Virus record (IMG/VR): IMGVR_UViG_3300028588_000020
Span: 6,035-70,034 of that record
From: a virus
DNA: 64,000 nt
Reading direction: 5' to 3' (one strand)
The notes under the pieces were generated by a model, which made no database searches, had not been told where the DNA came from, and was given only the letters and a program-made list of their open reading frames with translations. This document shows, piece after piece, positions 28,976 to 37,819 of this stretch. Made by a program: the position numbers and the translations under genes. Each line of letters begins with the position of its first letter. Position 1 is the stretch's first letter.

Positions 28976-30109
28976 TTAGTCGACGCTCATGGCGCCACGT
29001 GCGCGGCGGCCGGCTGGCGCTGCTTGCTTCTCTGCCGCTGCCGGTGCTGCCGGTGCGGCCGGCTGCGCTGCGGCGCCGCCCTTGCTGGTGAGCTGCTCGC
29101 GGCGGGTGCGGTAGGCCTGCTGCAGCATCTGTTCTTCCTCATCGGATCCGGCCACGCTCTGGATGAAGTCAGATTCGAGATCGAGGACTTCAACGTCGCC
29201 GATGGTGCTCAGGCGGTCGGCCAGCTTCTCCACGGCGCTGCGCTCGTCCACGGTGCCCTGCTGCTGGTGGTGCTGTTGCTGCTGCACTGGCGCGCTTTGT
29301 GCGGCCGGCTGGGCCTGCTGGGCCGGCTCGTCGTAGCTCTGCTGGTCATCGTCGCTCGGCACGTAGACGAAATTCTGGTCGATCACCAGTTCCTGCCCGC
29401 GCTCGCTGGCAGTCTCGGCCGCGACCGCCTTGTCCAGATCCTGCGAGCTCGGCAGGTATTTCATGGCTTGCAGCAGCACGATCTTGCGGGCGTACATTTC
29501 CATGTTGTTATCGTCTTTCAGCGCGTAGTGGCGCCCGCCGACCTTGTTGAACTTGTTCAGGTGCTTGATGACCTTGGCGATGGTCCAGCACTCGATAATC
29601 GGAAAATCCTGATCCTTGATACGGCCGATCGCATAGACGTGCGTGGCCTGGCTCCAGTTGTCGGAATCGCCTTCTGGCTTGTGGCGCAGGAACGGATCGC
29701 CGCCCAGCTCGTAATCGAATTTGTCGCCCTTGTAGACGACGCCGGTCCATGCCGTTGCGCGGCCGGTGCGCGCCACCAGATCGATCAGGCCCTTCCAGCC
29801 CGGCACGAATGAGCACTTGCCCTTGTAGGCCACGAGGTAGCCGCGCCCGTTGCACAGGCCGATGCCCGAGTTGATCGCGTTCGAGACGGCCGTGTAGAAG
29901 GTTTCCGGCGTCGATTCTTGCAGATCCTTGCTGTTGCTCAGCATGATGGCGGCGGCGCGGATCTCGCGGTCGACCTTGACCGATTCCGAGGCGCCAGCGC
30001 CCAGCAGGTCTTTCTTGCGGTCGAGCATGGTGAGCTTGTCTTTCACCGGGTGGGCGACGGCGGTGCCGGTGTTATTGCCGGCGCGCATTGCTTGAAGATT
30101 GGTAGCCAT
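28976..30109 (-). CDS. recT: RecT/Redbeta-family recombinase
   Basis: GYLVAYKGKCSFVPGWKGLIDL, VVYKGDKFDYELG and MYARKIVL motifs. Confidence 0.9.
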   Translation of the reverse strand: MATNLQAMRAGNNTGTAVAHPVKDKLTMLDRKKDLLGAGASESVKVDREIRAAAIMLSNSKDLQESTPETFYTAVSNAINSGIGLCNGRGYLVAYKGKCSFVPGWKGLIDLVARTGRATAWTGVVYKGDKFDYELGGDPFLRHKPEGDSDNWSQATHVYAIGRIKDQDFPIIECWTIAKVIKHLNKFNKVGGRHYALKDDNNMEMYARKIVLLQAMKYLPSSQDLDKAVAAETASERGQELVIDQNFVYVPSDDDQQSYDEPAQQAQPAAQSAPVQQQQHHQQQGTVDERSAVEKLADRLSTIGDVEVLDLESDFIQSVAGSDEEEQMLQQAYRTRREQLTSKGGAAAQPAAPAAPAAAEKQAAPAGRRARGAMSVD

Positions 30110-30121
30110 TCTGTAGTGCTC

Positions 30122-30994
30122 CTAGTCGTGGAAAATGCAGGTGTCCCAGCGCGCGCAGAATTTTTTGCTGCACAGTTGGGATTGTGGGTTGGCGGGGAAA
30201 AAACCGGATTTCAGCATGATCGCCGCCTGTTCGATCAGCCCCTTGGTGGTGCCCTCGCCCAGCAGCGGGCGCTTGCCGTCGAGGATCCGCGACACGCCGG
30301 TCATGGCTTGCTTCGTCGTCTGCAGGCCGATGATCTGGCCGCCGTAGGTTGGTTCCTTGGCGGTGTGTTCGTACATGAGCTGGTACGCGCCGAGCTGGGC
30401 GCCCTTGCCTTTCAGCGATACCTCGCCGTTCTCGATGATCCGCGAGCCGGTCTTGACGTCGGGGATGATCACGCCGCCCTCGGGTACCAACAGGCCGCCG
30501 CTATTCGGGATCAGCAGCTCGTGGTTCGTGCCCGGGATCGGCTGCACGTGGTAGCGCGCCACGCGCGCCCTGTCCATGGTGCCGGTGAGGCGGATGATCA
30601 GGTCGTCGCCGACGTCGATCTCCAGCGGGTCGAGCTTCATTTCCACGCTCTTGAAATCGAACTTCGGCGCCACCTCGACGCAGTATTTCACGGTGAGCGC
30701 CAGCCCGATCGTTTCCGCTTCGCCCAGGTTGATCGTGCGGTCGGACTTGTAGTCGACCTCGCCATCGGGATTCTGGAGCGCATCCACGAACACCTCGGCC
30801 GCGTCGTCGGGGCGGATCCGCTTGCCGTCGAGGCGCGCCTGGTCGAATGCGGCCGTGCCGGCGTGGATCGCCGTGCCCAGCGAGGCACGCAGCGAGGAAG
30901 GCCTGCGCATGCCCAGCAGATGCTCGGCTTCCCACTTGTAGGCGCAGTCGAAAAGGGCGCCCCACGAGGAGGCGCGGATGGTGACAGTTCTCAT
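30122..30994 (-). CDS. PD-(D/E)XK exonuclease partnering RecT
   Basis: CAYKW...GTAIH, GTMDR, IPDVKTG, QLGAY and C-terminal CSKKFCARWDTC. Confidence 0.85.
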   Translation of the reverse strand: MRTVTIRASSWGALFDCAYKWEAEHLLGMRRPSSLRASLGTAIHAGTAAFDQARLDGKRIRPDDAAEVFVDALQNPDGEVDYKSDRTINLGEAETIGLALTVKYCVEVAPKFDFKSVEMKLDPLEIDVGDDLIIRLTGTMDRARVARYHVQPIPGTNHELLIPNSGGLLVPEGGVIIPDVKTGSRIIENGEVSLKGKGAQLGAYQLMYEHTAKEPTYGGQIIGLQTTKQAMTGVSRILDGKRPLLGEGTTKGLIEQAAIMLKSGFFPANPQSQLCSKKFCARWDTCIFHD

Positions 30995-31266
30995 TTCAGG
31001 TGGATCAGCTTGATGTGAAGGCTGTTCTGGATCTGCTGCTGGCGGAGCTGCTCGGCCTCGGCCTCGGCGATCTGTTCATTCAGGGCCGCGATGTGCTGTG
31101 GATACAGCGTCATGGCCAGCTTGTTGTTCTGGATCCGGCGCTCGGTCAGCGCCATCACGACGCGGGTGTGATCGAGGCGCAGGTGCAGGATGGCACGCTG
31201 GGCCCGAACCAGCAGGGTGCGCGTCACCGATGGGCGGCGTGGCGTGGCGTAGGTGCGGCGGATCAT
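30991..31266 (-). CDS. Coiled-coil hypothetical protein
   Basis: MIRRTY start; ATGA-coupled. Confidence 0.6.
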   Translation of the reverse strand: MIRRTYATPRRPSVTRTLLVRAQRAILHLRLDHTRVVMALTERRIQNNKLAMTLYPQHIAALNEQIAEAEAEQLRQQQIQNSLHIKLIHLK

Positions 31267-31403
31267 GCTGCCACCTTGAAGGCGCAGCCGGCGCCCAGCA
31301 CCATCACCAGCAGGACCACCACGACGATGGCGCACTGGATGCGCTCGGAGCGCTTGATACGGCGGTAGTTGTTAAATTCGTTGATGCGTTCGATGCTGGA
31401 CAA
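31263..31403 (-). CDS. Small membrane protein (46 aa, not in the ORF track)
   Basis: TTG start with GGGGGT RBS; own translation MSSIERINEFNNYRRIKRSERIQCAIVVVVLLVMVLGAGCAFKVAA. Confidence 0.55.
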   Translation of the reverse strand: MSSIERINEFNNYRRIKRSERIQCAIVVVVLLVMVLGAGCAFKVAA

Positions 31404-31421
31404 TTGACACCCCCCTTGGTT

Positions 31422-31487
31422 AAAAAAATAGCCGGGAGGCCGGTGCGTAGCACCTTTGGCGTGTCGTACATACTCGGCTTCTCCCGG
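31422..31487 (-). terminator. Leader hairpin plus U7 (possible attenuator) of the recombination operon
   Basis: CCGGGAG-GCCGG pairs with TCGGC-TT-CTCCCGG; T7 follows on the minus strand. Confidence 0.5.
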
Positions 31488-31532
31488 TCTTTCTCTGAAG
31501 CTGAATTCCTATGAACATGAGTGTAAAGGGAC

Positions 31533-31547
31533 TAACGCATTGCGTCA
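31533..31547 (-). promoter_or_regulatory. Operator overlapping the -35 of the leftward recombination-operon promoter
   Basis: TAACGCATTGCGTCA; minus strand TTGACG-N17-TACACT. Confidence 0.75.
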
Positions 31548-31760
31548 AGCGGAACAAGAAAAATATTTGTAATCCCCGGTTAAATATATTTTCCAAGAGG
31601 CATTGACGGCCCGCACCCGCTTTGACACAATTTGCCTGCTGGGAAAATTGCGAACAAGCAATCGCATCGCCTGATTAACCTGTTGAAAATGAAGCGGAAT
31701 GCGCAACACAAACACCAAGATTTATATTTCCGCGAAGCATTTTAAGCAGGTTGTTCCAGA

Positions 31761-32156
31761 ATGAGCAAGATCACCGATTCGGCCGAGGGAATGGACTGCC
31801 GGCTGCGCCTGCCGGGCGTTTGCAACGGCAATCCGGACACCACCGTATGGGCGCACAGCAACCGGATCGCCCACGGCAAGGGCCGCAGCCTCAAGGCGCA
31901 CGACCCGTTCGGCTGCTACGCCTGCTACGACTGCCACGCCGTCTACGATCGCCAGCGCAACCGCCCGGCCGGCATGACCCTGATCTTTGTCGAGCTGGAG
32001 TTCGACCGCGCCATGGCCGAATCGCAGGCCATCCTGATCGATCGCGGCATGTGGGATGGCGTCACCATCCCCGAGCGCGCCACGAAGCGCCCGGCCAGGT
32101 CGCGCAAGATCGCGGTGGTGGGCCTGTCGGCGCTGCAGCGGATGGCCAGCCGATGA
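31761..32156 (+). CDS. DUF1364/YbcO-like nuclease-domain protein
   Basis: CRLRLPGVCNGNPDTTVWAH...ACYDCHAVYD. Confidence 0.8.
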   Translation: MSKITDSAEGMDCRLRLPGVCNGNPDTTVWAHSNRIAHGKGRSLKAHDPFGCYACYDCHAVYDRQRNRPAGMTLIFVELEFDRAMAESQAILIDRGMWDGVTIPERATKRPARSRKIAVVGLSALQRMASR

Positions 32157-32947
32157 GCGCCCGCGTCACCGCCCTGGTATGGGCGCGCTACCCGAACGGC
32201 GCCGGCGAAATGCTGCTGGCGCTGGCGCTGGCTGACCAGTGCACCGATGGCGGCGAATACATCGCCGTCGACGTCGCCCGGCTGGCCAAGAAAACCCGCC
32301 AGGCCGATGACACGGTGCGCGGCCAACTGCGCCGCATGATGGCCGATGGTTGGCTCGAACAGATGGAAGGCTCGAAGGCCTACCGCATCGCGCCGGCCTG
32401 GCTGTCCGGACAAGCGCCGGCGCCGGCGGGCAAGCCTGCGCCCGAGCTCAAGAAGATCCCGCGCGCCACCCGCCTGACGGCCGAGTGGATCCTGCCCGAG
32501 GAGTTCAAGACCTGGGCGCTGGCCACGTTCCCCGCCTGGACTCCCGAATTCGTCGCCGCGATCGCCGAGCGGTTCCGCGATCACTGGATCTCGGCCAGCG
32601 GCCAGCAGGCCAGCAAGGTGGACTGGTCGGGCACGTGGCGCAACTGGTGCCGGAAAGAGCCGGCCGTGCCGCCGGTGGCCACCGCCGCCGCTGTCGCTGG
32701 CCAGTGGTGGACGTCGTCGGCCGCGATCGATCGCAAGGGCGCCGAACTGCAGCTCACCCGCATCGATGGCGAACTCTGGATCCAGTGGCGCGATCGCGTG
32801 TTCCGCGCCGCCGGCGACGGCCCCTGGGCAAAGACACTGTACAAGGCGCCGGATCCTGCCGGCGTCAATTTCACCGCAGTCGGCGCGCTCGCCGGCGCGC
32901 TCGCACACCTCAAGGGAAACCCGAATGCTGCTGGAAAAGTTCAATAA
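32153..32947 (+). CDS. HTH replication/O-like protein
   Basis: N-terminal MLLALALAD...RLAKKTRQADDTVRGQLRRM; C-terminal FRDHW...DWSGTWRNW; the true start lies inside track ORF 31751..32947. Confidence 0.65.
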   Translation: MSARVTALVWARYPNGAGEMLLALALADQCTDGGEYIAVDVARLAKKTRQADDTVRGQLRRMMADGWLEQMEGSKAYRIAPAWLSGQAPAPAGKPAPELKKIPRATRLTAEWILPEEFKTWALATFPAWTPEFVAAIAERFRDHWISASGQQASKVDWSGTWRNWCRKEPAVPPVATAAAVAGQWWTSSAAIDRKGAELQLTRIDGELWIQWRDRVFRAAGDGPWAKTLYKAPDPAGVNFTAVGALAGALAHLKGNPNAAGKVQ

Positions 32948-33173
32948 AGAGCCAGGCTACAACCCGAACGCCCTGATCGACGGCCTGGTCAAGCAGATGA
33001 ACCTGAAAAACGATGCGGCCCTGGCGCGCATCCTCGACGTGCAGGCCCCGATCCTGTCGAAGGTGCGCAACCTGCGCGCGCCGGTTACCTCTGGCCTGCT
33101 GCTGCGCATGCACGAGGTCACGCGCACGCCGGTCAGCACCCTGCGCAACATGATGGGCGTGCGTTCCCGATGA
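32925..33173 (+). CDS. XRE/Cro-type HTH protein
   Basis: YNPNALID...LKNDAALARILDVQAPILSKVR. Confidence 0.75.
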   Translation: MLLEKFNKEPGYNPNALIDGLVKQMNLKNDAALARILDVQAPILSKVRNLRAPVTSGLLLRMHEVTRTPVSTLRNMMGVRSR

Positions 33174-33493
33174 ACTGGTGCGAATGGTGCGAAGCCGACT
33201 CGGGCCGCATGAACGCCAAGCGGGCATGCTGCATCGCGCGCGGCCTGGCCAAGCAGCCGTTCCTGCGCCGTGTCGAGGCGATCGCCGCCGTGCGCGCCAG
33301 CGAGGGCGAGGATGCCGCGCGCGAGCTGGTCGACCTGGTGCTGAACTGGATGGCCACCCGCTTGTGGAACCTGCCCAAGACCGAGCGCGTGGCCGCGTAT
33401 GATGCCGCCGCCAAGAATGGCTGGCTGCGCGCCGAGCTGGAGCGCCTCACCAAGTTCGTGAAGCAGGAATACGACCGCAGGAGCGCAGCATGA
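33170..33493 (+). CDS. Hypothetical protein with CxxC
   Basis: ATGA-coupled. Confidence 0.6.
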   Translation: MNWCEWCEADSGRMNAKRACCIARGLAKQPFLRRVEAIAAVRASEGEDAARELVDLVLNWMATRLWNLPKTERVAAYDAAAKNGWLRAELERLTKFVKQEYDRRSAA

Positions 33494-33960
33494 CGAAGGC
33501 TCGCAAGGCTGGCGCTGTGCGCCTGACACAGGCAGCGGTCGACGCGCATAACGCGCGGGTGGGCAGCTCGCGCACGCCGGCGGCCGCGTCGGCGCCAGCA
33601 GCAGCCGGCGGCCTGCAGCGCTTTCAGGCGATCGGCCGCGCGCCCAAGTCGGACCTGAACAAGACGGAGCAGGAATACGCCGGGATCCTGGCCGTGCAGC
33701 AGCTCGCCGGCGAAATCACCTGGTGGAAGGCGCACCCGTTCAACGTGCGCCTGGCCGATAACACGTTCTACGAAATCGACTTCCTGGTGATGCTGGCCGA
33801 TGGCCGCCTGGAGATCCACGAAACGAAGGGCGAGTACACCACCGACAAGGGGCAGATGAAGATCAAGCTGTGCGCCGAGGTGCTGCCGGTGATCCCGATC
33901 GCCAAGATGATCAAGCTGGCCAAGAAGAACGGCGGCGGCTGGAAACGAGAGGACTACTGA
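33490..33960 (+). CDS. DUF1064-like PD-(D/E)XK endonuclease
   Basis: NKTEQEYA...YEIDFLV...HETKG. Confidence 0.75.
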   Translation: MTKARKAGAVRLTQAAVDAHNARVGSSRTPAAASAPAAAGGLQRFQAIGRAPKSDLNKTEQEYAGILAVQQLAGEITWWKAHPFNVRLADNTFYEIDFLVMLADGRLEIHETKGEYTTDKGQMKIKLCAEVLPVIPIAKMIKLAKKNGGGWKREDY

Positions 33961-34439
33961 TGCACGCCATTTTCGAGAAGCTGCCCGGCGGCCTGCTGCG
34001 CCCGGTCGATGAAGCGGCCGAGCTGTTCGTGGCCGGCGTCAAGGTCGGCGCCGGCGTCAAGGTCGACGTCACCAAGGTGCGCAACCTGCGATTCCACCGC
34101 AAGGCCCTGAAACTGATCCGCACCGGCTTCGAGCACTGGAATCCGGACGCGGCGCCCGATGCGGTGCGCATCGACGGCATGGTGCCGGCCAAGGACTTCG
34201 AGTCGTTCCGCGAGAAGATCCTGATCCTGGCCGGCCACTGCGACGTGGTGTTCGCCCTCGACGGCTCGTTCACCTTCAAGGCCCGCTCTATCTCGTTCGC
34301 CAATTGCCCCGAGCTCGAATTCCAGCGCATCTACAAGAGCATTCTGGACGTCGTGTGGGACCGCATCATGCAGCACGCGAACTACCGCAACCCGGCCGAG
34401 CTCGATGCCGTGGTCAATCAACTCCTGACGTTCACCTGA
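33960..34439 (+). CDS. DUF1367/NinB-like protein
   Basis: RNLRFHRK, FESFREKILILAGH and ARSISFAN motifs. Confidence 0.75.
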   Translation: MHAIFEKLPGGLLRPVDEAAELFVAGVKVGAGVKVDVTKVRNLRFHRKALKLIRTGFEHWNPDAAPDAVRIDGMVPAKDFESFREKILILAGHCDVVFALDGSFTFKARSISFANCPELEFQRIYKSILDVVWDRIMQHANYRNPAELDAVVNQLLTFT

Positions 34440-34447
34440 AAGCACCC

Positions 34448-35044
34448 ATGCGGCCGCCTGCACCTGCTGTCATCTATTTCGCCGTCGACGGCTTCGACGG
34501 CAAGTTCTTCACGTGCGCCCGCTACGGCACGATGTCGCCGGGATCCTGCTCCAAGAATTTCGCGGCCGCGCCCGAGGCTGCGCGCCGGGGCACGCGCCTG
34601 GAGGCCTGCATTGGCTGCGATGTTGGCCAGCACCATACCGATCCGGTGGCGCTGCCGAAGCCGGTGCCGGCGCACCAGTCGTTCGCGTACCGCCAGATCT
34701 GCGTGCGCTGCCGGCACAGTGGTGATGACGACGAGAGCCGCCTGATCGGCCGCATGCGCCTGGTGCGCGGGCAGACCATGTGTGTGTCCTGCTACAACCG
34801 CGAGCGCGAGGTGCTCAAGGGGAAGAACGCCAAGGGCGCCCGGCCGAAGAAATGGCGCCACCTGTTCTACGTGCGCATCGCCAGCGTCGAGAACGGCGCC
34901 ATGCGCATCGAGCAGTTCGATCACCCGGTGCGCGATCGCCTGGAGGCGATGCTGACGATCCTGCGCCGCAAGGATGGGCCGAGGGTGATGGGCTGGACCA
35001 CCTCGCGCTCGATCGTGCGGGCTGACGTCGAGGAGCTGGCATGA
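34448..35044 (+). CDS. Multi-CxxC zinc-binding protein
   Basis: CIGC, CVRC and CVSC motifs. Confidence 0.65.
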   Translation: MRPPAPAVIYFAVDGFDGKFFTCARYGTMSPGSCSKNFAAAPEAARRGTRLEACIGCDVGQHHTDPVALPKPVPAHQSFAYRQICVRCRHSGDDDESRLIGRMRLVRGQTMCVSCYNREREVLKGKNAKGARPKKWRHLFYVRIASVENGAMRIEQFDHPVRDRLEAMLTILRRKDGPRVMGWTTSRSIVRADVEELA

Positions 35045-35451
35045 TCGAACCCTCGAACGTCATGAGTCAGATCGACCTGTTCTCGGGCACGGTCAGCCCG
35101 GCCGGCCCGGCGCCGGTCACGCTGTCGAAGCCGCGCGCCCCGGGCAAGGGCGGGTGGGAGCTGGTCGACCACGCCTGCCGCCACTGCATGGGCCGGGTGC
35201 TGGTGCGCACGCACAAGGGCATCCCCCTGGAGGCGCGCTGCGCTGAGTGCGGTGCGCGCGCCGACGCCGGCCACGCCGAGATCTGCTGCTGCGGCGCCGA
35301 GTGCGGCCGCGCCGGCTTCGTGCTGGAATGCTTCCGCAACCCCGAGATCACGCCGGCCGTGCCGCAGGAAGTACTCGTGCGCGAGAAGCTGGTGATCGAG
35401 CGTCGCGGCAACCGCCGGCGCAGCAACCCGGTGGGCCATTCGGACCTTTGA
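35041..35451 (+). CDS. Cys-rich zinc-binding protein
   Basis: CRHC, CAEC and CCCGAEC motifs. Confidence 0.65.
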   Translation: MIEPSNVMSQIDLFSGTVSPAGPAPVTLSKPRAPGKGGWELVDHACRHCMGRVLVRTHKGIPLEARCAECGARADAGHAEICCCGAECGRAGFVLECFRNPEITPAVPQEVLVREKLVIERRGNRRRSNPVGHSDL

Positions 35452-35517
35452 TCGAAAACGCTTGATCTTCAAAGTCGTGACGACACACTGCCAAACATCG
35501 AACAACGCAAGGGCAGT

Positions 35518-35814
35518 GTGATGAACAAGAAGGAATTCCTACGGCAGGTCGCGGTGACGGCAAATGTGTCCGTGTCGCTGGCCGAGCTGGTGCTGGATGC
35601 GTCGGCCAAGGTAGCCGCCACGGCGCTGGCCAGCGACGGCGAGGTGCGCCTGCCCGGGATGGTGACGGTGGTGGCCAAGCCCTACGCGGCGCGCCCTGGT
35701 CGCAACCCGAAGACTGGCGCAGTGGCCAACGTGCCGGCGGCGATCCGCCTGCGCGCGAAGGCCTCGACCGCCCTGGAGCAAGCATTTGCAGCCGCGAGGC
35801 AGCAGCAAGGATAA
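35518..35814 (+). CDS. HU-family histone-like DNA-binding protein
   Basis: MNKKEFL...GEVRLPG...ARPGRNPKTG. Confidence 0.92.
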   Translation: MMNKKEFLRQVAVTANVSVSLAELVLDASAKVAATALASDGEVRLPGMVTVVAKPYAARPGRNPKTGAVANVPAAIRLRAKASTALEQAFAAARQQQG

Positions 35815-35944
35815 GCGTGTTTCGTCAAACTGCTGGTACCAGCGCGACGGGTTTCCGGGCGTAGTCTCTCCCGCTTCATGGATGGCAGGAGGTAGACATG
35901 GGCAGATGGTACCGCCCCCCAACACAAGAACAACGGGAGACGGA

Positions 35945-36169
35945 ATGCGGATTTTGATTATTGGCGGCGGCATGCTGGCGCGCGTGGCGCTGGCCGCGCT
36001 GGGATGCGGCGCGATCGCCGTTGAACCGCTGGATCTACCGTCATTCGAGATCGAGCCCTGGCGCCTGGCCGAGGTTTCCGCCTGTCCCGCCTACGATTAT
36101 CCCCGCCCCGCCAAGTGCGTGATCTCTCACCGGCCGAAGGCCCGGCCCGAGCAGCTCGAATATGGCTAG
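35945..36169 (+). CDS. Small hypothetical protein
   Basis: GGGAG RBS; MRILIIGGG start. Confidence 0.5.
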   Translation: MRILIIGGGMLARVALAALGCGAIAVEPLDLPSFEIEPWRLAEVSACPAYDYPRPAKCVISHRPKARPEQLEYG

Positions 36170-36329
36170 ATGGCTTGGCTATGTGATGGCTAAAAGGGCA
36201 AGGGATAGCGCCGGGTTACAGCCCGGCGCAACTACAAGAGAGCACCGTCATGGTCGACAAAGTGCAGCAGCAAGGCGAGCGCCTGAAAGCGCTACAAGAG
36301 CAGGTCCAACAACACTTAGGGAAAAAGCA

Positions 36330-36926
36330 ATGAGCAAGAGCAAGAACAAAATCGGTATGTACGGCTGGCTGGCAATCGCCGGCGTCATCATGGCGGGCCT
36401 GACCGCCTATCATGGCATGGACTGGCGCTGGCCAGTGGCGCTGATCTTCGGTAGCGGTGTCATGCTGCTCCAGCGCTTCAAGGTCAAGCCGGCGCTGATC
36501 GTGGTGGACGTGGTTTCCAGCTTCGCCCTGGCCGCCCTGGCCGTGATGCGCTTCGGCGACGGCCAATACGTGCAGGCCGGCCTGCTGGCGCTGCTGGTGC
36601 TGCTGGCGATCGTGAGCGCCTATGCCCAAGGTTTCCGCGTGATCCGCAAGGTCGCCATGGGCGAGAATATCCCGGGCTTCTACGGTATCGCCTGGGTCAC
36701 CTACAACGCCCCGGTCGCTTACTGTGCGCCGGTCCCGCTGAACCTGGTGATCGGCCTGGCGCGCGGCGTGTGGTTCTGGCTGCGTCACGGCTGGCGCGAT
36801 ATGGCGGTGACCACCCATGCGGCGTATGCACAGGGCCTGCAAAAGGGCCGCGAGCAGGTCGCGCAATCGTGGGGCGATGAACCCGCCAGCGCAGTGCGCC
36901 GCCAAGCCGCTACCGCACAGCGTTAA
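36330..36926 (+). CDS. Multi-pass membrane protein
   Basis: MSKSKNK start; about four hydrophobic segments. Confidence 0.65.
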   Translation: MSKSKNKIGMYGWLAIAGVIMAGLTAYHGMDWRWPVALIFGSGVMLLQRFKVKPALIVVDVVSSFALAALAVMRFGDGQYVQAGLLALLVLLAIVSAYAQGFRVIRKVAMGENIPGFYGIAWVTYNAPVAYCAPVPLNLVIGLARGVWFWLRHGWRDMAVTTHAAYAQGLQKGREQVAQSWGDEPASAVRRQAATAQR

Positions 36927-36944
36927 AAAATTGCAGAAAAGGAC

Positions 36945-36974
36945 TTGCGCGCATTGCGTTAGTCCGGTTAAGAT
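36945..36974 (+). promoter_or_regulatory. Operator-overlapped promoter of the ncRNA cassette
   Basis: TTGCGC-N18-TAAGAT with GCATTGCGTTAG operator half/near-site. Confidence 0.7.
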
Positions 36975-36980
36975 TCGTTC

Positions 36981-37737
36981 CGTTGAGTTTCAAGGCGTAA
37001 GCGCCGGGGATTCAGCGCAGGAAGCAGAATAGACCGCGAGCACTTACGGGGAGTTCGCTAGTCGTAGTCAATCCAGCATAGCGTTCCCCTAGCTGCATGG
37101 GGCTGGACCCGAAGAACGCGAGATCGTGGAAGTCATGGCCGTAACCATCGGCCGAAGCGATCTAGGTTGAGGCTCGGTTACCGTCGTTTTCGAGCCCTAA
37201 CTGATAAGCCACCACCGGAAAGGCACCACGCACTATAGTCGTGGGCGTGGACGGAGCAGGCTTATCAGTTGGGAAACCAACGAAGGAAAGCGGATACAAG
37301 GCGGCGACGCGACGGTCGGGCAGAAGCGGAAAGAACCTGCTACGACGGCTAGGCACCGTGGAAACGTGCTTTTGGGTGCGCACCGGAGACGCACGTTAGG
37401 CCGGCATGGGGATCCTCGCAAGAGGGCCTTCATGAGGTGGGGTTTCATGCAAAGCAGCGAAGGGCAAGCGCGTGTAGGACGGATAGTTGCGCCGGTCATG
37501 AAACCTCGCCCCATGAGGGCATCGGTCGGAATGGTAGCCACCAACAGGCATCTTTGCGCAGGTAAAGCAAGGGCGCGGTGGCGCTGCCGGTCGAAGCCCG
37601 CCAAGCTGCGATAGACCACGATCGAGGGCCGAGAGCCGGGTGAAGGTAGCCCGGGGGCGCCGCTTGATGCGCGGATGAGCAGGGCGAATGGCAAGCTACG
37701 GGCCTGACTTACGCCGGGGGGAAAGAACTCGGCACCA
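36981..37737 (+). ncRNA. Large ornate structured RNA A (~755 nt; GOLLD/ROOL-like size and context)
   Basis: 5' and 3' ends pair (36994-37001 with 37708-37715; 36985-36990 with 37725-37730); 24-bp and 15-bp helices; many GNRA loops; ends in ACCA. Confidence 0.7.
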
Positions 37738-37741
37738 GTTT

Positions 37742-37817
37742 CGCGGGGTAGAGCAGTTGGCAGCTCGTCGGGCTCATAATCCGGAGGTCGCAGGTTCGAG
37801 TCCTGCCCCCGCAACCA
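37742..37817 (+). tRNA. tRNA-fMet (CAT)
   Basis: CGCGGGG acceptor with C1:A72 mismatch, CTCATAA loop, TTCGAGT T-loop and encoded CCA. Confidence 0.97.
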
Positions 37818-37819
37818 GT

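Noticed and set aside
36981-37737. RNase P, tmRNA or SRP identity for RNA A
   Set aside because: I could not find the RNase P P4 motifs (GAGGAAAGTCC / ACAGAA...GGCT), a tmRNA tRNA-Ala-like T-arm and tag ORF, or the SRP domain IV stem. This was judged by eye only and needs a covariance search to exclude.
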